A DNA stretch of 64,000 nt from Antedon mediterranea (taxonomy: Eukaryota; Animalia; Echinodermata). Positions 36,501 through 47,926 of the stretch are shown in pieces. Position 1 is the stretch's first letter. Every line of letters begins with the position of its first letter. A model generated the notes under the pieces. It worked only from the letters and a program-made list of their open reading frames with translations, was not told where the DNA came from and searched no databases. Location of the stretch: NCBI RefSeq assembly GCF_964355755.1, contig NC_092670.1, forward strand, positions 4,454,201 to 4,518,200, given 5' to 3'. The translations under genes were made by a program, and so were the position numbers.

Positions 36501-39500
36501 TCTAGTCAGGTCAAACAAAACCAAAGAATTGTAAATCAGTGAAAAAAATAAGTACAGTAAACTCATACTTACCAAAAGAAGTCGTATTTTGTGTAGTTTC
36601 TCTTTATCAGCTTGGAATTGTTTTTCAATCAACCTATTCCTTTCTCCTTCTTCTGAGTCAGCCTCATTTTCTCCTCCTTTTAGTTGTTCTATATTTTCTT
36701 TCAGTCTCACCATTTCTTCCTGAAAAGTAAAACTCAATTTAAAAATGTTGATTTACTGAAATACAATAGTTTTTATCTACGTAATAGCAGAGTGTTACTA
36801 TGACAGTCCAGTTTAGCTTGTAGCCAAAATGTTTTGCTATAGAACACTACCTGTATAAATGTAAGTTAATCAACCCATTGGAAAAATTTAAACCACTGGG
36901 GCAAGGCCAAGCTTAGGGAAAAGATACAAAGCGTGTATGCAGGCAAGAAAGGATTGTCCAACATTTAGTTCTACAAAAATACTCAATATTTATTGAAACT
37001 GTATTTGTATTATTTTACAGATTAAACATAGCTTGCAGCCAATTCTAATCTAGGGTTCTAGAGCAACCGTATATTCAATTGAATATTAATAACATAAATA
37101 CAGATATCTACTAATTACCTTACAATGTGCTCTAAATTGCTGTTCTTGTTGTTTAAGACTCTCGTTCATGGCGACTAACGAACGTAATTTATTAAGAACA
37201 CTGAAAGATAATTGATTAATGTCATTAATGTCATTAATGATTTATCTGTATGAAAACATTTTCAAAATTTAGCCTCTAAGAATATTCTAATTTGTTCAAA
37301 TCTTGGCCAGCAAAGGACTGCACTCATTTTACCAGAAACTAGTTTATACTTTGAAATTATGAAACTTGGCTCATCAACAATATTTTTGTAAAGCTAAAAT
37401 AATATTTGTACAAAATTCCTTCTACAATTTAGGATGGAGTCTTTATTTAATTGGAATGGTTTGTAATTGGCCAGATCTTTTATTGGACAGGCTTCTGTGA
37501 AAATTAAATTGGAAAGAGTTTAATTGGAATGATCTTTAATTGGACAGTCTTTTATTGGAGAGGTCTTTTATTGGAAAGGTTTTTTATTGGATAGGTCTTT
37601 TTTAATTGGACAAGTCTTTTATTGGAGAGGTCTTTTATTGGACAGTTATGTTTTGAGAGGTCTTTTATTGGAGAGGTCTTTTATTGGAGAGGTCTTTTAT
37701 TGGAGAGGATTTTTATTGAAGAGGTCTTTTATTGAAGAGGTCTTTTATTGGATAGGGCTTTTTTAATTGGACAAGTCTTTTATTGGACAGTTATGTTTTG
37801 AGAGGTCTTTTATTGGAGAGGTCTTTTATTGGAGAGGTTTTTATTGGAGAGGTCTTTTATTGGAGAGGTCTATTATTGGAGAGGTATTTTATTGGATAGT
37901 TATGTTTGGAGAGATCTTTTATTGGACAGTTATGTATGGAGAGGTCTTTTATTGGACAATTATGTATGGAGAGGTCTTTTATTGGATAGTTGTTTGGAGA
38001 GGTCTTTTATTGGATAGTTATGTTTGGAGAGGTCTTTTATTGGATAGTTATGTTTGGAGAAGTCTTTTATTGGATAGTTATGTATGGAGAGGTCTTTTAT
38101 TGGACAATTATGTATGGAGAGGTCTTTTATTGGATAGTTATGTTTGGAGAGGTCTTTTATTGGATAGTTATGTTTGGAGAGGTCTTTTATTGGACAGTTA
38201 TGTTTGGAGAGGTCTTTTATTGGACAGTTATGTTTGGAGAGGTCATTTATTGGACAGTTATGTTTGGAGAGGTCTTTTATGGGACAGTTATGTTTGAAGA
38301 GGTCTTTTATTGGACAGTTATGTATGGAGAGGTCTTTTATTGGGACAGTTATATTTGGAGAGGTCTTTTATTAGAGAGAGATGTATGGAGAGGTCTTTTA
38401 TTGGACAGTTATCTTTGGAGAGGTCTTTTATTAGACAGTTATGTTTGGAGAGGTCTTTTATTGGACAGTTATGTTTGGAGAGGTCTTTTATTGGACAGTT
38501 ATGTTTGGAGAGGTCTTTTATTGGACAGTTATGTTTGGAGAGGTCTTTTATTGAACAGTTATGTTTGAAGAGGTCTTTTATTAGATAGGTCTTTTATGAA
38601 AGGTCTGCAATCGGAATGGGTCTTATATTGGAGGGTTCCTTTATTGGAAAACACTTTTAATTAAAGAAGTTTTAATTGGAGGTTCTTTAGCGAGGTACTG
38701 TATTTATTTAGAGAAGATTTTAATTGGGTTAGGTTTATACAGTAGTATTGTTTTTGTTTATTTTCAAAACATTTTTTTCTCTATTATTATTCTTACTTTT
38801 TATTTTCATCAGTTTCCACAGTTTCAAGTTTTTGCATTTCCTCGTTGATCTTGTCTGTGAACTCTTGTACTTCCTTCAAACGTATCTGTGTTGTTTCAAA
38901 CGATTGCTGTAGTTCTGCATGCTTCACAACCACCTGTCAAAAGCATGTAGAAAATATGTGATTAGAAATAGCTTAGCATTGGACAATGTCATGTTTAATA
39001 TATGACTCACGTCTTGAAGGTCATGTGACAAGATAATTCTGTATTTGGTTTATGGTTCATTGTCGCAATTAATTAACTGAAAATGTGCACTTGTACTAAA
39101 ACTCAGTAAAGGTTAATGACAAAACGGAAACTTGTTTTGATATAAATTGCCCGGTGTCAGATGATGTTCCAATCATTCAGTGATGAGATAGTGCACTTTA
39201 ACTGTTGTAAACGTTGAATGAATGAAAATGATCTACTAAAACTTACTTACAAGACTAGATCACAAATACTTTTCATATATATGGTTTAGAGTTAATGTGA
39301 CAAGTCATGTTTTCTATTAATTTAATAAAGTCCTAAATGATTAGCCCTATTAAATTAGTGTGAATGTTAAAATTTATTGATAACTTCTACTGAACTACTG
39401 TAGCTAAAAGTGTTCAGCGTCATTTACTCTACCACATGATGGAAATGAACAGCTTCTTAGAAAATTTTAATAACAAATGTTCCTGTTTTTGTATACATTT

Positions 39501-39768
39501 AGCAACAAACATGTACACCATAGCATTTATACCACTGCCACAATGACGCATGTTTACCTTAGTGCATTATCATGACAACTCAAGCTTGAAACTATTTTTC
39601 ATGTATAAGCTAAACCAGGGAGTTTTTTTTAATACACTATGAAGCTAATCTAACTTTTTGTTTTGTTTTTCAGGTCATAATTGATAATGGGTAAGAACTT
39701 TATTGCCATTGGATATGATAAATTGTCGTGAAATTAAATATTATCTTTATTAAAGTAGAAAAGAAAAT

Positions 39769-39799
<31 letters not shown>

Positions 39800-42700
39800 C
39801 TATATTATCTGCAATAACAATAGCTTTTTAACCACTAGTGCTGTGTTGAAATAAACACCCTGAGAGCCAATACATTTGATAAAGTATGTCCACACTGTCA
39901 TTAATTGTGTGTAGCACTTCTTAAAGCAAAAACCAGAATTTACAATGATGATCAAGCATCAATGATCATATTTGAACTGTATAACATTTAATTGAAAATT
40001 CAAAACCCTCATGACATTTTTTTAAAATTTTGTTGTTGAATATGCTATTTTAATGTCACATAATAGTTATTAATTTTGACAAAAATTTGTTTTTGTTTAT
40101 TTTTGTGAATAAAAAAATACATTTTTAAGTGAACTTAAAATTGCTTTTTAAAGATTTAGGTTCGTGATTTAGGACAGGTCTAGGTATAGTCTTCTCAGCC
40201 TGTTTTGATAGACCACAGAAAAAAGCCACACACAAGCTTTTAGTTTAAAAGTATGTAGACCTAGATGATCAAGCAACAATATGAAATGATTCTTTGACTT
40301 TTCTGTGAGGTATACAATGAATTAAATAAAACAATAATGCTGTACCGCACTCAGTGCATCCTGGAATCGCTTGCAGACGTGACAGCTTGTTCTCCAAGGG
40401 AAGGTGGCTTACAAAATGTGTAATAATAAAAGCAAAATTTGTACCAAATGTATTTGAACTTGCTTGATAAATCGTTCGCCTTTATTTTTTAGATTTGATT
40501 TGATTTATTTCGTTCAAAACATGAATAAAATGACACATTGAACAATGAAAAAAAAAATTATGGTGACTTACACAGACTGGGTAAAATGAAATATCGGGAG
40601 GACTTATGAAAGCATGTCCAAACTATAGAGGGCGCTATAATATTTTAGTTCAAACTAATCAGGGCGCTGTTAAAAAATTGAAAGATATTGGCATCTATTA
40701 TTGTAACCAAGGATATTTCCATGGTGTACCAAAGGCATAAAATATAAAAAATATTGTATTTAAAGCGGGAAATGACATGAAATATCGGGAGATTATTGCC
40801 ATTATCTCTGGTCTTCCACCAACAAATTAGTAAGTCACCACGCTTTCATTAGAGGATGCACAAAGCATTGTTGACATGCTGTTGAAAGGGGTCGCACAAA
40901 TATCCGTAAGTTAACGATGGCAAGTTTTTGCATGCATTCTGCAAGAAACATCATTTTATCTCTCACACTATCGGTAGCTGAACTACTAACATATCATGTT
41001 TCCAATTCTAGAGACATTTCAAAGACAATATACAAGGGAAGACACTTCGCAGGAGTGCGTTTCCAGAGATAAAAATGAAAATGAGAGGTGAACAAAATTT
41101 GTTAAAAATGTTAATTTCGCTGCTTACCACTTTTCTAAAAAAAATTGCTTCATAAATTTTTATATAGCATAGTTTCAGAAAAATCTTTTTTATTTTTGTA
41201 CAGAGTCAGATGAAATAAAACCAACCATATGAGTGGTCTAAAAACCACTTAATGATCTAGTGTGCAAATTATTAATTTATGTTTTACAACGTACCTCCTC
41301 CAACTTTTTTTCCTGATTAGCGATCTGCTTCTCAAGCGAAGCCATCATGCGTTTGTGCTGTTGTGCACCGCTCATCTTTTGAGGACGTTCTTCAGTCACA
41401 AGTTCAGATTGCTGAAAAACAAAAAATACTCAAGTAAATCCTTGGCTCTGTACTAGTTTTTTGCTTCGCAAAAGTAGAAACAATACAAGACAACATTTTA
41501 TAACATTAGATATCATTTTTACTATTGGAGTGGAGTTGTGGTTTGGTGGTTATGATGCTTGGCTACCACTCCAAGGGTCCTGGGTACAAGTCCTGTCAAA
41601 TGTCAGGATTTTTTCCAACTCTACTCCCAAAGACTTGTAATAAGACTTTGTTTATGTAGAGCATCTTGTGTACATGTTTGTGTTGTGAACCTCTGAGGGT
41701 CCCTAATGATCAGCAATTGCTAGATGGATCACCCTCATCAAATATGGTAAAAATTATAATACTATAATAAAATCAGGAATGTTACAGGTTTGTTGACATG
41801 AATATTTCCAGAATAAAAGAAATTGAAATACATTTGAAGTACCCAAGCCTCTTCAAATGAACCTAATACATGAACACCAAACATATTTGCAAGCACTGCA
41901 GTTCAATGGAATGGCAAAATGGATCAGCAATTTAAATTGGAATTGTACAAACCTTATCTGCATACTCGCTGACAATCTTCTGTATCTGTTCTGATTGAAG
42001 ACCTACAATGGATCCAACCATTGCTGCTGTTAAGCGCCCCTGAATAATAATAATAAATACAGTTTAATTTTTTTAAAGTAGTTTGTTACTGCACTGTAGA
42101 TTAGACTAGACACTGTAGATTTTACAAAGACTAAATTTTGTACTATTTGTCTTAAATTGAAGTTTTTGACTGTTAGGGTTGATTGTACGAGTTTGCATAC
42201 AGAAAGAATGCCATTATTTTCGCATACAGAATTGTAACGAAACTTACTACTTACTTGATGTTTTCGCATGTTAATATATTTTTCATAGCAAGTCTAGGCC
42301 TAGATAGGCCTGTATACAGTAGTTTAAACATCTACCTACCTGCTGTACAGGTAGGCTTAAGCAAGGTCCATGTGGACTTTGTGTCACCAACACATACAGC
42401 AGTAGACTTACTGATACTAGTAAATTAATGTTTCTATATAATTTATATATACATTACAGTTTTCTACGTAATTGTCAAAAGTGTCGCATGTTGAAAATTT
42501 TGCGGCAAGGTTCAAGTTGCGAAAATTAAACAACCGCAAATATAACGGCATATAAAGTATTATTAGGCCAAAACAAAATAAGATGAAATGAGAGCAGAGT
42601 ACCTCATCACCATCCATTGATGACATCTCACTCATGAGTGCTTTGATACGTTTTTCGTCGGCAGCTCTTTCCTCTTCGCTATCCATCGTATCAGAGCGTT

Positions 42701-45700
42701 GCTTCGTTAATCCTGCAGCCTTTGCTTTCTGTTTTATATCTTTTTCTTTCTCGTTTTCTGTTTTCACACTACGTCCTACACCATAGCGCCTTACGAAAAT
42801 GTGATGTGAAGATTATTAATTATTATAACAATATTTCTAGTACAGTTTGCAGTGCACCTTGCAACTACTACTGTCTTCTACAGTAAAGCCTGGTTTCCAT
42901 AAAATCGCTACACGACAGATTCTATGGAAACGCTAGAATTTATCGGGGATCTAGTACGCGAGCGCTAAATATTCTTTGGTACGCGTATACGATTCATCGC
43001 CAACAAAATCGGCAAAGTTGAACATGGTTGAACTTTGCCGATTTGACTGCGATGAATCAGGGAGCCTTCCCGATTGCGTCGGCGACATCTGCGCGTAGTG
43101 ATTTTAATGGAAACCAGGCTTAATGCTAGATAAGTAAAGTGACTGAGCTTACTGTATAACATTGCTGTAGAATATTATTATTGATTTCATAGTTCATTGT
43201 TCAAGAATGTGGTACAACAATAATAGTTAGTTTTAAATTAGTGACTAAACATGCGACAATTCACTAGTAAAGAAACAATAAATTTTACAAAACTGTTGTA
43301 ATAGTGTTTAGCGCATTCTAGTTTATACCATTTTCCATTTATGCATAGTAGGCCTACAGTTTATTTTGATATAGAGAGATGACATGCTGAGGGGAAATGA
43401 ATAAATGCAGTATTGAATATGCCACGTTCTCCTATGTGTTTTATTCATATTTGAAACACTATAAGGTCAGACATGTGATTGACATTAAGATAGAAAACCA
43501 TGTGTGATTTAAAGGTAATATGATAATGATGAAGGTGTAGTTATAACAATACCTTCCATATTCTATAACAATGATAATGATGAAGGGTAGTTATAACAAT
43601 ACCATTCATATTCTAACAATGATAATGATGAAGGGTGTAGTTATAACAATACCTTTCATATTCTATAACAATGATAATGATGAAGGGTAGTTATAACAAT
43701 ACCATTCATATTCTAACAATGATAATGATGAAGGGTGTAGTTATAACAATACCTTCCATATTCTGTAACAATGATAATGATGAAGGGTAGTTATAACAAT
43801 ACCATTCATATTCTAACAATGATAATGATGAAGGGTAGTTATAACAATACCTTCCATATTCTATAACAATGATAATGATGAAGGGTAGTTATAACAATAC
43901 CATTCATATTCTAACAATGATAATGATGAAGGGTGTAGTTATAACAATACCATTCATATTCTAACAATGATAATGATGAAGGGGTAGTTATAACAATACC
44001 TTCTATATTCTATAACAAAGATAATGATGAAGGGTGTAGTTATAACAATACCTTCCATATTCTATAACAATGATAATGATGAAGGGTAGTTATAATACCA
44101 TTCATATTCTAACAATGAGAATGATGAAGGGTAGTTATAACAATACCATTCATATTCTAACAATGATAATGATGAAGGGGTAGTTATAACAATACCTTCC
44201 ATATTCTATAACAATGATAATGATGAAGGGTAGTTATAACAATACCTTCCATATTCTATAACAATGATAATGATGAAGGGTAGTTATAACAATACCATTC
44301 ATATTCTAACAACGATAATGATGAAGGGTAGTTATAACAATACCTTCCATATTCTATAACAATGATAATGATGAAGGGTAGTTATAACAATACCATTCAT
44401 ATTCTAACAATGATAATGATAAAGGGTGTATTTATAACAATACCTTCCATATTCTAACAAAGTTGATTGTACTCTTAGCTCTTCATCTGTCAATCTCTTG
44501 ATGTCGGATCGACGGTAACGTCGTTGTGGTTTATAAACATCAGTCATGGTCAGTACAGTCTCAATTGCATTCTCTTTTCGTTTAGCGAATTCAGAATCCT
44601 AAAAGTAAAAACATGGAATCTTGGCAATCAATCTGTACACAGGTTGAGGGAATGCATAGACATGAGGGGAAGGAGAAAAAAAGAGAAAGGAGAGAACAGG
44701 GAAGGGAGAAAAGGGGGAAATGGAGAATGAAAGAAAAGGGAATAGAGAGAAAGGGAAAAAGAGAGAACAGAGAAAGGAGAAAACAGAGAAAATGAAAAGG
44801 AGAGAACTGGGAAAGGAGAAAATGGGGAAAAGAGAGAAAAGGAAATAGAAAGAAAAGAAGAGAACAGGGAAAGAGGGAAAGGAAATAGAAGGAGATAATG
44901 GGGAAGGAAAAAGGAGGAAGAAGAGAAAAGGGGAAGAAAATGGAAGAAGGGTAGTAATGAAAAGTAATTGAAAAACAACATCCAAATGTTATGCCTTCCA
45001 CATTAATGATAAGCATTCTATTCATGTCATAGAAAATGTCAGTCAGTTATAATAACCACATGGTCCACTGCAAACAATCCTCAAATGTGATTGTAAAATA
45101 TCAATATCATTAATTACCTCCGGTGTCTGGTGGTTCTTGTTAAATTGAGAAACTGAAAACGCTCGGATTTGATCACCCATTTCTTCTTTTGTTTCAATAG
45201 CACGTTTCACCAGCCACTATAAAATATAAGAAAAAAATGTTTAAATATTGATGCTCACATTTACAAATCTGAGAAGTACGACCATCTCATTAACGATCTG
45301 CAAAGTAAAAAATAATTTTGCTTTGAGATCGGTTCGAATGAAAATGCTCACAATGGTTTAAATCTTTCTTTACAATCAATAAATTCAAAAGTTGAAAAGT
45401 CCTAATATCTAGTTACACAAAATGGAACGCAAGATACAATACGACTTGGGAGGTACATGTTGATCAGTTTAGGTATGCCTTGTTTCTGGTTTGAGTGTTT
45501 TATTTCATTTGTCTGCTCGTCTTGTCTTAGTTTAATACTGTAATCTAGAGTTGTATTTATTCATTGAGATGTTTTATTTATGTGTATGTTCATTCATTAT
45601 GAATAAAAGATGAATAAATATTTACACAAAAAATCTAGGCAAAAGTTTATATAATATCCACAAAATAATACAATCTAATAATTAAGTGTGAAAGTGTTAT

Positions 45701-47926
45701 CACCATTAGACTTACTTGCACAACAGGAAAAATATGGATAAAATCCAAGCCTTGGATCTGATGAGGCTCTAGGCGATGAGGACACTTCATTCTTGGTAGT
45801 ACAGCCACTATCTTTTCAGTTAGTGCACTAAAATAAATAAAATTAAATAAAATTTATATTGTTTAACACGTTCACTGCCACGGCGTATTTATACGTCAAA
45901 AATTGCGTGTCGCTACTTGCCAAGACGTAAAACTACGTCAAAATCGTAGCACTTTTGTATTGTATGTAGAATCGCTGGCAGTGGTGATTGGAACAGGAAT
46001 TATCGCATGGCAGTTTATGAATGATGTACGTAAACGATAATCTAAAAATAAATGTCATATGTTTGTTTGTGTTTATTCCCTCATGCATTGAATATGGTTG
46101 ATACGATGGCGCCCTCACACTCAATATAATCATCTCAAACATGTCATAAATTGCACTAATAGTAAATAAAAATAATAAATAGTAAATAATATAAGTAATA
46201 TATATATAGTAAGTAATATAATTAGTATTTATACGTCTCAACGGTTTTTCCCGCCATCGTATTTTGAATGACATCATGATAGTCTGTGACCAGATGTTAC
46301 ACTTTCAAACTGTAATTTAATATGTAAACGGGACTTGGCACTGGGACAGAAATTACGGAAAATGCCTTGGCAGTCAATGTGTTAATAAGAAAAGGGTTAT
46401 ACAACTTCCAAGTAGATTCTTTTAGTGCATGACAAATGACATTAAATTATTTGAATAATTAAATGGTTTGCATGTTAAATACCTAATGAAAAGCAACAAA
46501 AAATGTCAGATAATTTATAATTCATTTTGGTAATTTTTAAGTTTATAATACCATGCATCATGTAATGTATAACAACTGTAAACAATGGCTTAAATTTATA
46601 CTGTAAATATGGATATAAACATTTATAATTTGGATACAAAATTAATTAGTTATTATATTTACATTGTGCAAAACTATTATAAGGCCTAAATATTATTCTG
46701 GAGTGATGTATACTGTACTGATTTTATAGTTCATCTTATGCCAAATAATTACTACAATTTTCATGAACCATGTATGTACTCCTAATAATACTAGAGGCAA
46801 AAAACGAGCACACACTCTAGATGATAATTAAAAGATTATATGGCAATTATATTGTAATTTTCATCGTACATTTTTTGCCCAATGGTTGAATTCTCTTGAA
46901 ATAGCAGGTCAACATCAATGTCAAAATTACAAGTTGTTATACACCAGGTCATGCCTCCTACAATCTGCAAAGACGAGATAAGATAAAAAGCAAGGCTGGA
47001 GTAATAATTTAAATAAAGATAATTGTATTAATTAATTATAAAACATTCAGATTTATTTATTATACTACATGCAAAAAGCCTCATAATTGACTATAAATCG
47101 GCATCTAATTTATATTTAACATACAGATAGGTTGATTGGAAATTATAATAATTCTTGTTTATTTGATTATTTTTTCTTCTTTGAAAATGACAATTGTAGA
47201 TGTTTTTAGCATTCTGACTGACCGCAGGCTTACTTTGTCAAATGGCGATAGGCCTTTTATTCTGGCCCTGAAATATCCTGCCGCTAGCAACAAGCCAACT
47301 GTTTCTTGCAACTTTACATTCTGTTCTTCATCTTCTCTCGTTTCTACCTAAAATAAAAAAGGGTAATTTATTTATTGTGGTCAGTCATCCAGTAGTTACG
47401 TTATATACAGTAGTAAAGATTATGGTAACTATAAGACAATGCCAATATGCCATATGATGGTGAGTAAAACAAATCTGCCAGGCAGGGAATCAAACATACA
47501 AAATCACTTATTAATCCCTAGCTAGCCGCTAAATAAATATATTATTTTTAAAAATTATTTCATACTTCTTGTTTTTAACTTTGCAATTACAGATTTTCTT
47601 TTTTGTCCGTTAGTTATTTTTATTCATTCAAAATCACCGAAGTGTAGGCCTAGGCTGGCTTTAGTAGGCCTGGACAGGTACGTCACGAGACATCGATCAT
47701 CACGCCCCCTTTCGAAGCTAGCTTTCCGGCAGTTAGCCTGTCTATTTAAAGCATGTGAATTTGACAATAAATGTGCATGTTTTTTAAAATAAAATATGTT
47801 ATAATATAAATAAAACATCAATGTATCAAACGAAGGTCTTACCTCCACTTCTTTCCCCTCTGCATCGTAAACTACACCAAATTTTGCACTTGCTTTCCGA
47901 TGGAAAATACTTCCTGAGGAAGACAT
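27528..47926 (-). CDS. CCDC93: Coiled-coil domain-containing protein 93 (CCC/Commander complex), 630 aa, 16 coding exons
   Basis: Recognisable CCDC93 blocks [79 protein letters not shown]. The 16 GT-AG exons sum to 1893 nt with consistent phases. Confidence 0.95.
27626..27940. repeat. G/A-rich low-complexity tract
   Basis: GGGA/GATGGG-rich on +; pyrimidine-rich on the CCDC93 sense strand, just upstream of the last acceptor. Confidence 0.85.
28245..28443 (-). CDS. CCDC93: CCDC93 exon 15
   Basis: [23 protein letters not shown]...[15 protein letters not shown]. Confidence 0.93.
28715..29120 (-). mobile_element. Decayed tRNA-derived SINE, Deu-domain-like
   Basis: On -: A-box-like GACCGAGTGGTTAAGG head, then GTCTTCTCAGATAAGGACTATAAAC...GCACTTTAAAGACCC. 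The GTCTTCTCAGATAA..GGACT motif is duplicated at ~28870. Family assignment is from recalled consensus only. Confidence 0.45.
29231..29351 (-). CDS. CCDC93: CCDC93 exon 14
   Basis: [39 protein letters not shown]. Confidence 0.93.
30018..31242. repeat. 23-bp minisatellite, ~53 copies
   Basis: Unit CATTGCACTC(C/T)ATTGCTTTAATA, highly homogeneous. Confidence 0.97.
31863..31971 (-). CDS. CCDC93: CCDC93 exon 13
   Basis: [36 protein letters not shown]. Confidence 0.93.
32294..32745 (-). mobile_element. 3' end of a Rex1/Babar-like LINE
   Basis: On -: [13 protein letters not shown]...KHP...[22 protein letters not shown], then a UTR ending AATAAA-(GATTT)n. Confidence 0.65.
32750..32800 (-). mobile_element. 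SINE 3' tail fragment
   Basis: Reverse complement GGGTCCCTAATGATCAGC..CTGGATGGACCACCCTCGTAAATATT, shared with 41697-41745 and 55288-55345. Confidence 0.6.
33181..33212 (-). ncRNA. Decayed minimal hammerhead-ribozyme-like motif
   Basis: On -: CTGATGA-T-GAGAATAGTTTGTT-GAAA-CATGTC; palindromic ACATGT stem III and GUC site; stem II imperfect. Confidence 0.4.
33923..34062. mobile_element. Harbinger-like MITE (GCTCTGTCTACAC family), copy 2
   Basis: TAA|AGCTCTGTCTA...TAGACAGAGCT|TAA. Confidence 0.85.
35030..35690 (-). mobile_element. Highly decayed CR1/L2-group LINE RT fragment
   Basis: On - near 35380-35460: [19 protein letters not shown]...KLFA, the RT GVPQG block. Boundaries approximate. Confidence 0.55.
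36067..36395. repeat. 20-bp minisatellite, ~16 copies
   Basis: Unit CAATGAAACTTCTATTGTAA. Confidence 0.92.
36573..36719 (-). CDS. CCDC93: CCDC93 exon 12
   Basis: [14 protein letters not shown]...[11 protein letters not shown]. Confidence 0.92.
37119..37200 (-). CDS. CCDC93: CCDC93 exon 11
   Basis: [27 protein letters not shown]. Confidence 0.92.
37440..38650. repeat. 16/30-bp minisatellite
   Basis: 16-mer TGGAGAGGTCTTTTAT and 30-mer TGGAGAGGTCTTTTATTGGACAGTTATGTT, with degenerate flanks. Confidence 0.95.
38797..38933 (-). CDS. CCDC93: CCDC93 exon 10
   Basis: [12 protein letters not shown]...[12 protein letters not shown]. Confidence 0.88.
41295..41411 (-). CDS. CCDC93: CCDC93 exon 9
   Basis: [39 protein letters not shown]. 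Confidence 0.9.
41527..41772 (+). mobile_element. tRNA-derived SINE
   Basis: A-box-like GTGGTTTGGTGG, B-box-like GGGTACAAGTCC, shared tail GGGTCCCTAATGATCAGC...GATGGATCACCCTC and an AT-rich end. Confidence 0.65.
41953..42039 (-). CDS. CCDC93: CCDC93 exon 8
   Basis: [29 protein letters not shown]. Confidence 0.92.
42603..42789 (-). CDS. CCDC93: CCDC93 exon 7
   Basis: RYGVGRSVK...[22 protein letters not shown]. Confidence 0.88.
42887..43120. mobile_element. Harbinger-like MITE
   Basis: TAA|AGCCTGGTTTCCAT...ATGGAAACCAGGCT|TAA. Confidence 0.85.
43520..44460. repeat. ~49-bp minisatellite, 19 copies, derived from the CCDC93 exon 6/intron 6 junction
   Basis: Unit on -: TTGTTAGAATATGGAAG|GTATTGTTATAACTACCCTTCATCATTATCA. 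The copy at 44410-44460 overlaps the real exon end and donor. Confidence 0.95.
44444..44598 (-). CDS. CCDC93: CCDC93 exon 6
   Basis: DSEFAKRKE...VYKPQRRY...STLLEYG(R)|gtattg. Confidence 0.9.
44660..44952. repeat. A/G-rich low-complexity tract
   Basis: Almost pure purine on +; extended polypyrimidine tract upstream of the exon 6 acceptor. Confidence 0.85.
45118..45216 (-). CDS. CCDC93: CCDC93 exon 5
   Basis: [33 protein letters not shown]. Confidence 0.93.
45716..45827 (-). CDS. CCDC93: CCDC93 exon 4
   Basis: [37 protein letters not shown]. Confidence 0.93.
45867..46381. mobile_element. piggyBac-like non-autonomous element
   Basis: TTAA|CACGTTCACTGCCACGGCGTATTT ... AAATGCCTTGGCAGTCAATGTG|TTAA. 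Confidence 0.75.
46870..46964 (-). CDS. CCDC93: CCDC93 exon 3
   Basis: [31 protein letters not shown]. Confidence 0.93.
47234..47347 (-). CDS. CCDC93: CCDC93 exon 2
   Basis: VETREDEEQ...LSPFDK|gtaagc. Confidence 0.93.
47843..47926 (-). CDS. CCDC93: CCDC93 exon 1
   Basis: [28 protein letters not shown]|gtaaga; start codon inferred. Confidence 0.75.

Noticed and set aside
37767-38588. Repetitive 90-190-aa ORFs on +
   Set aside because: Open in several frames only because of the 30-bp satellite period.
44524-45025. Phe/Leu/Ser-rich and Arg/Glu/Lys-rich ORFs
   Set aside because: Polypurine/polypyrimidine tract artefacts.
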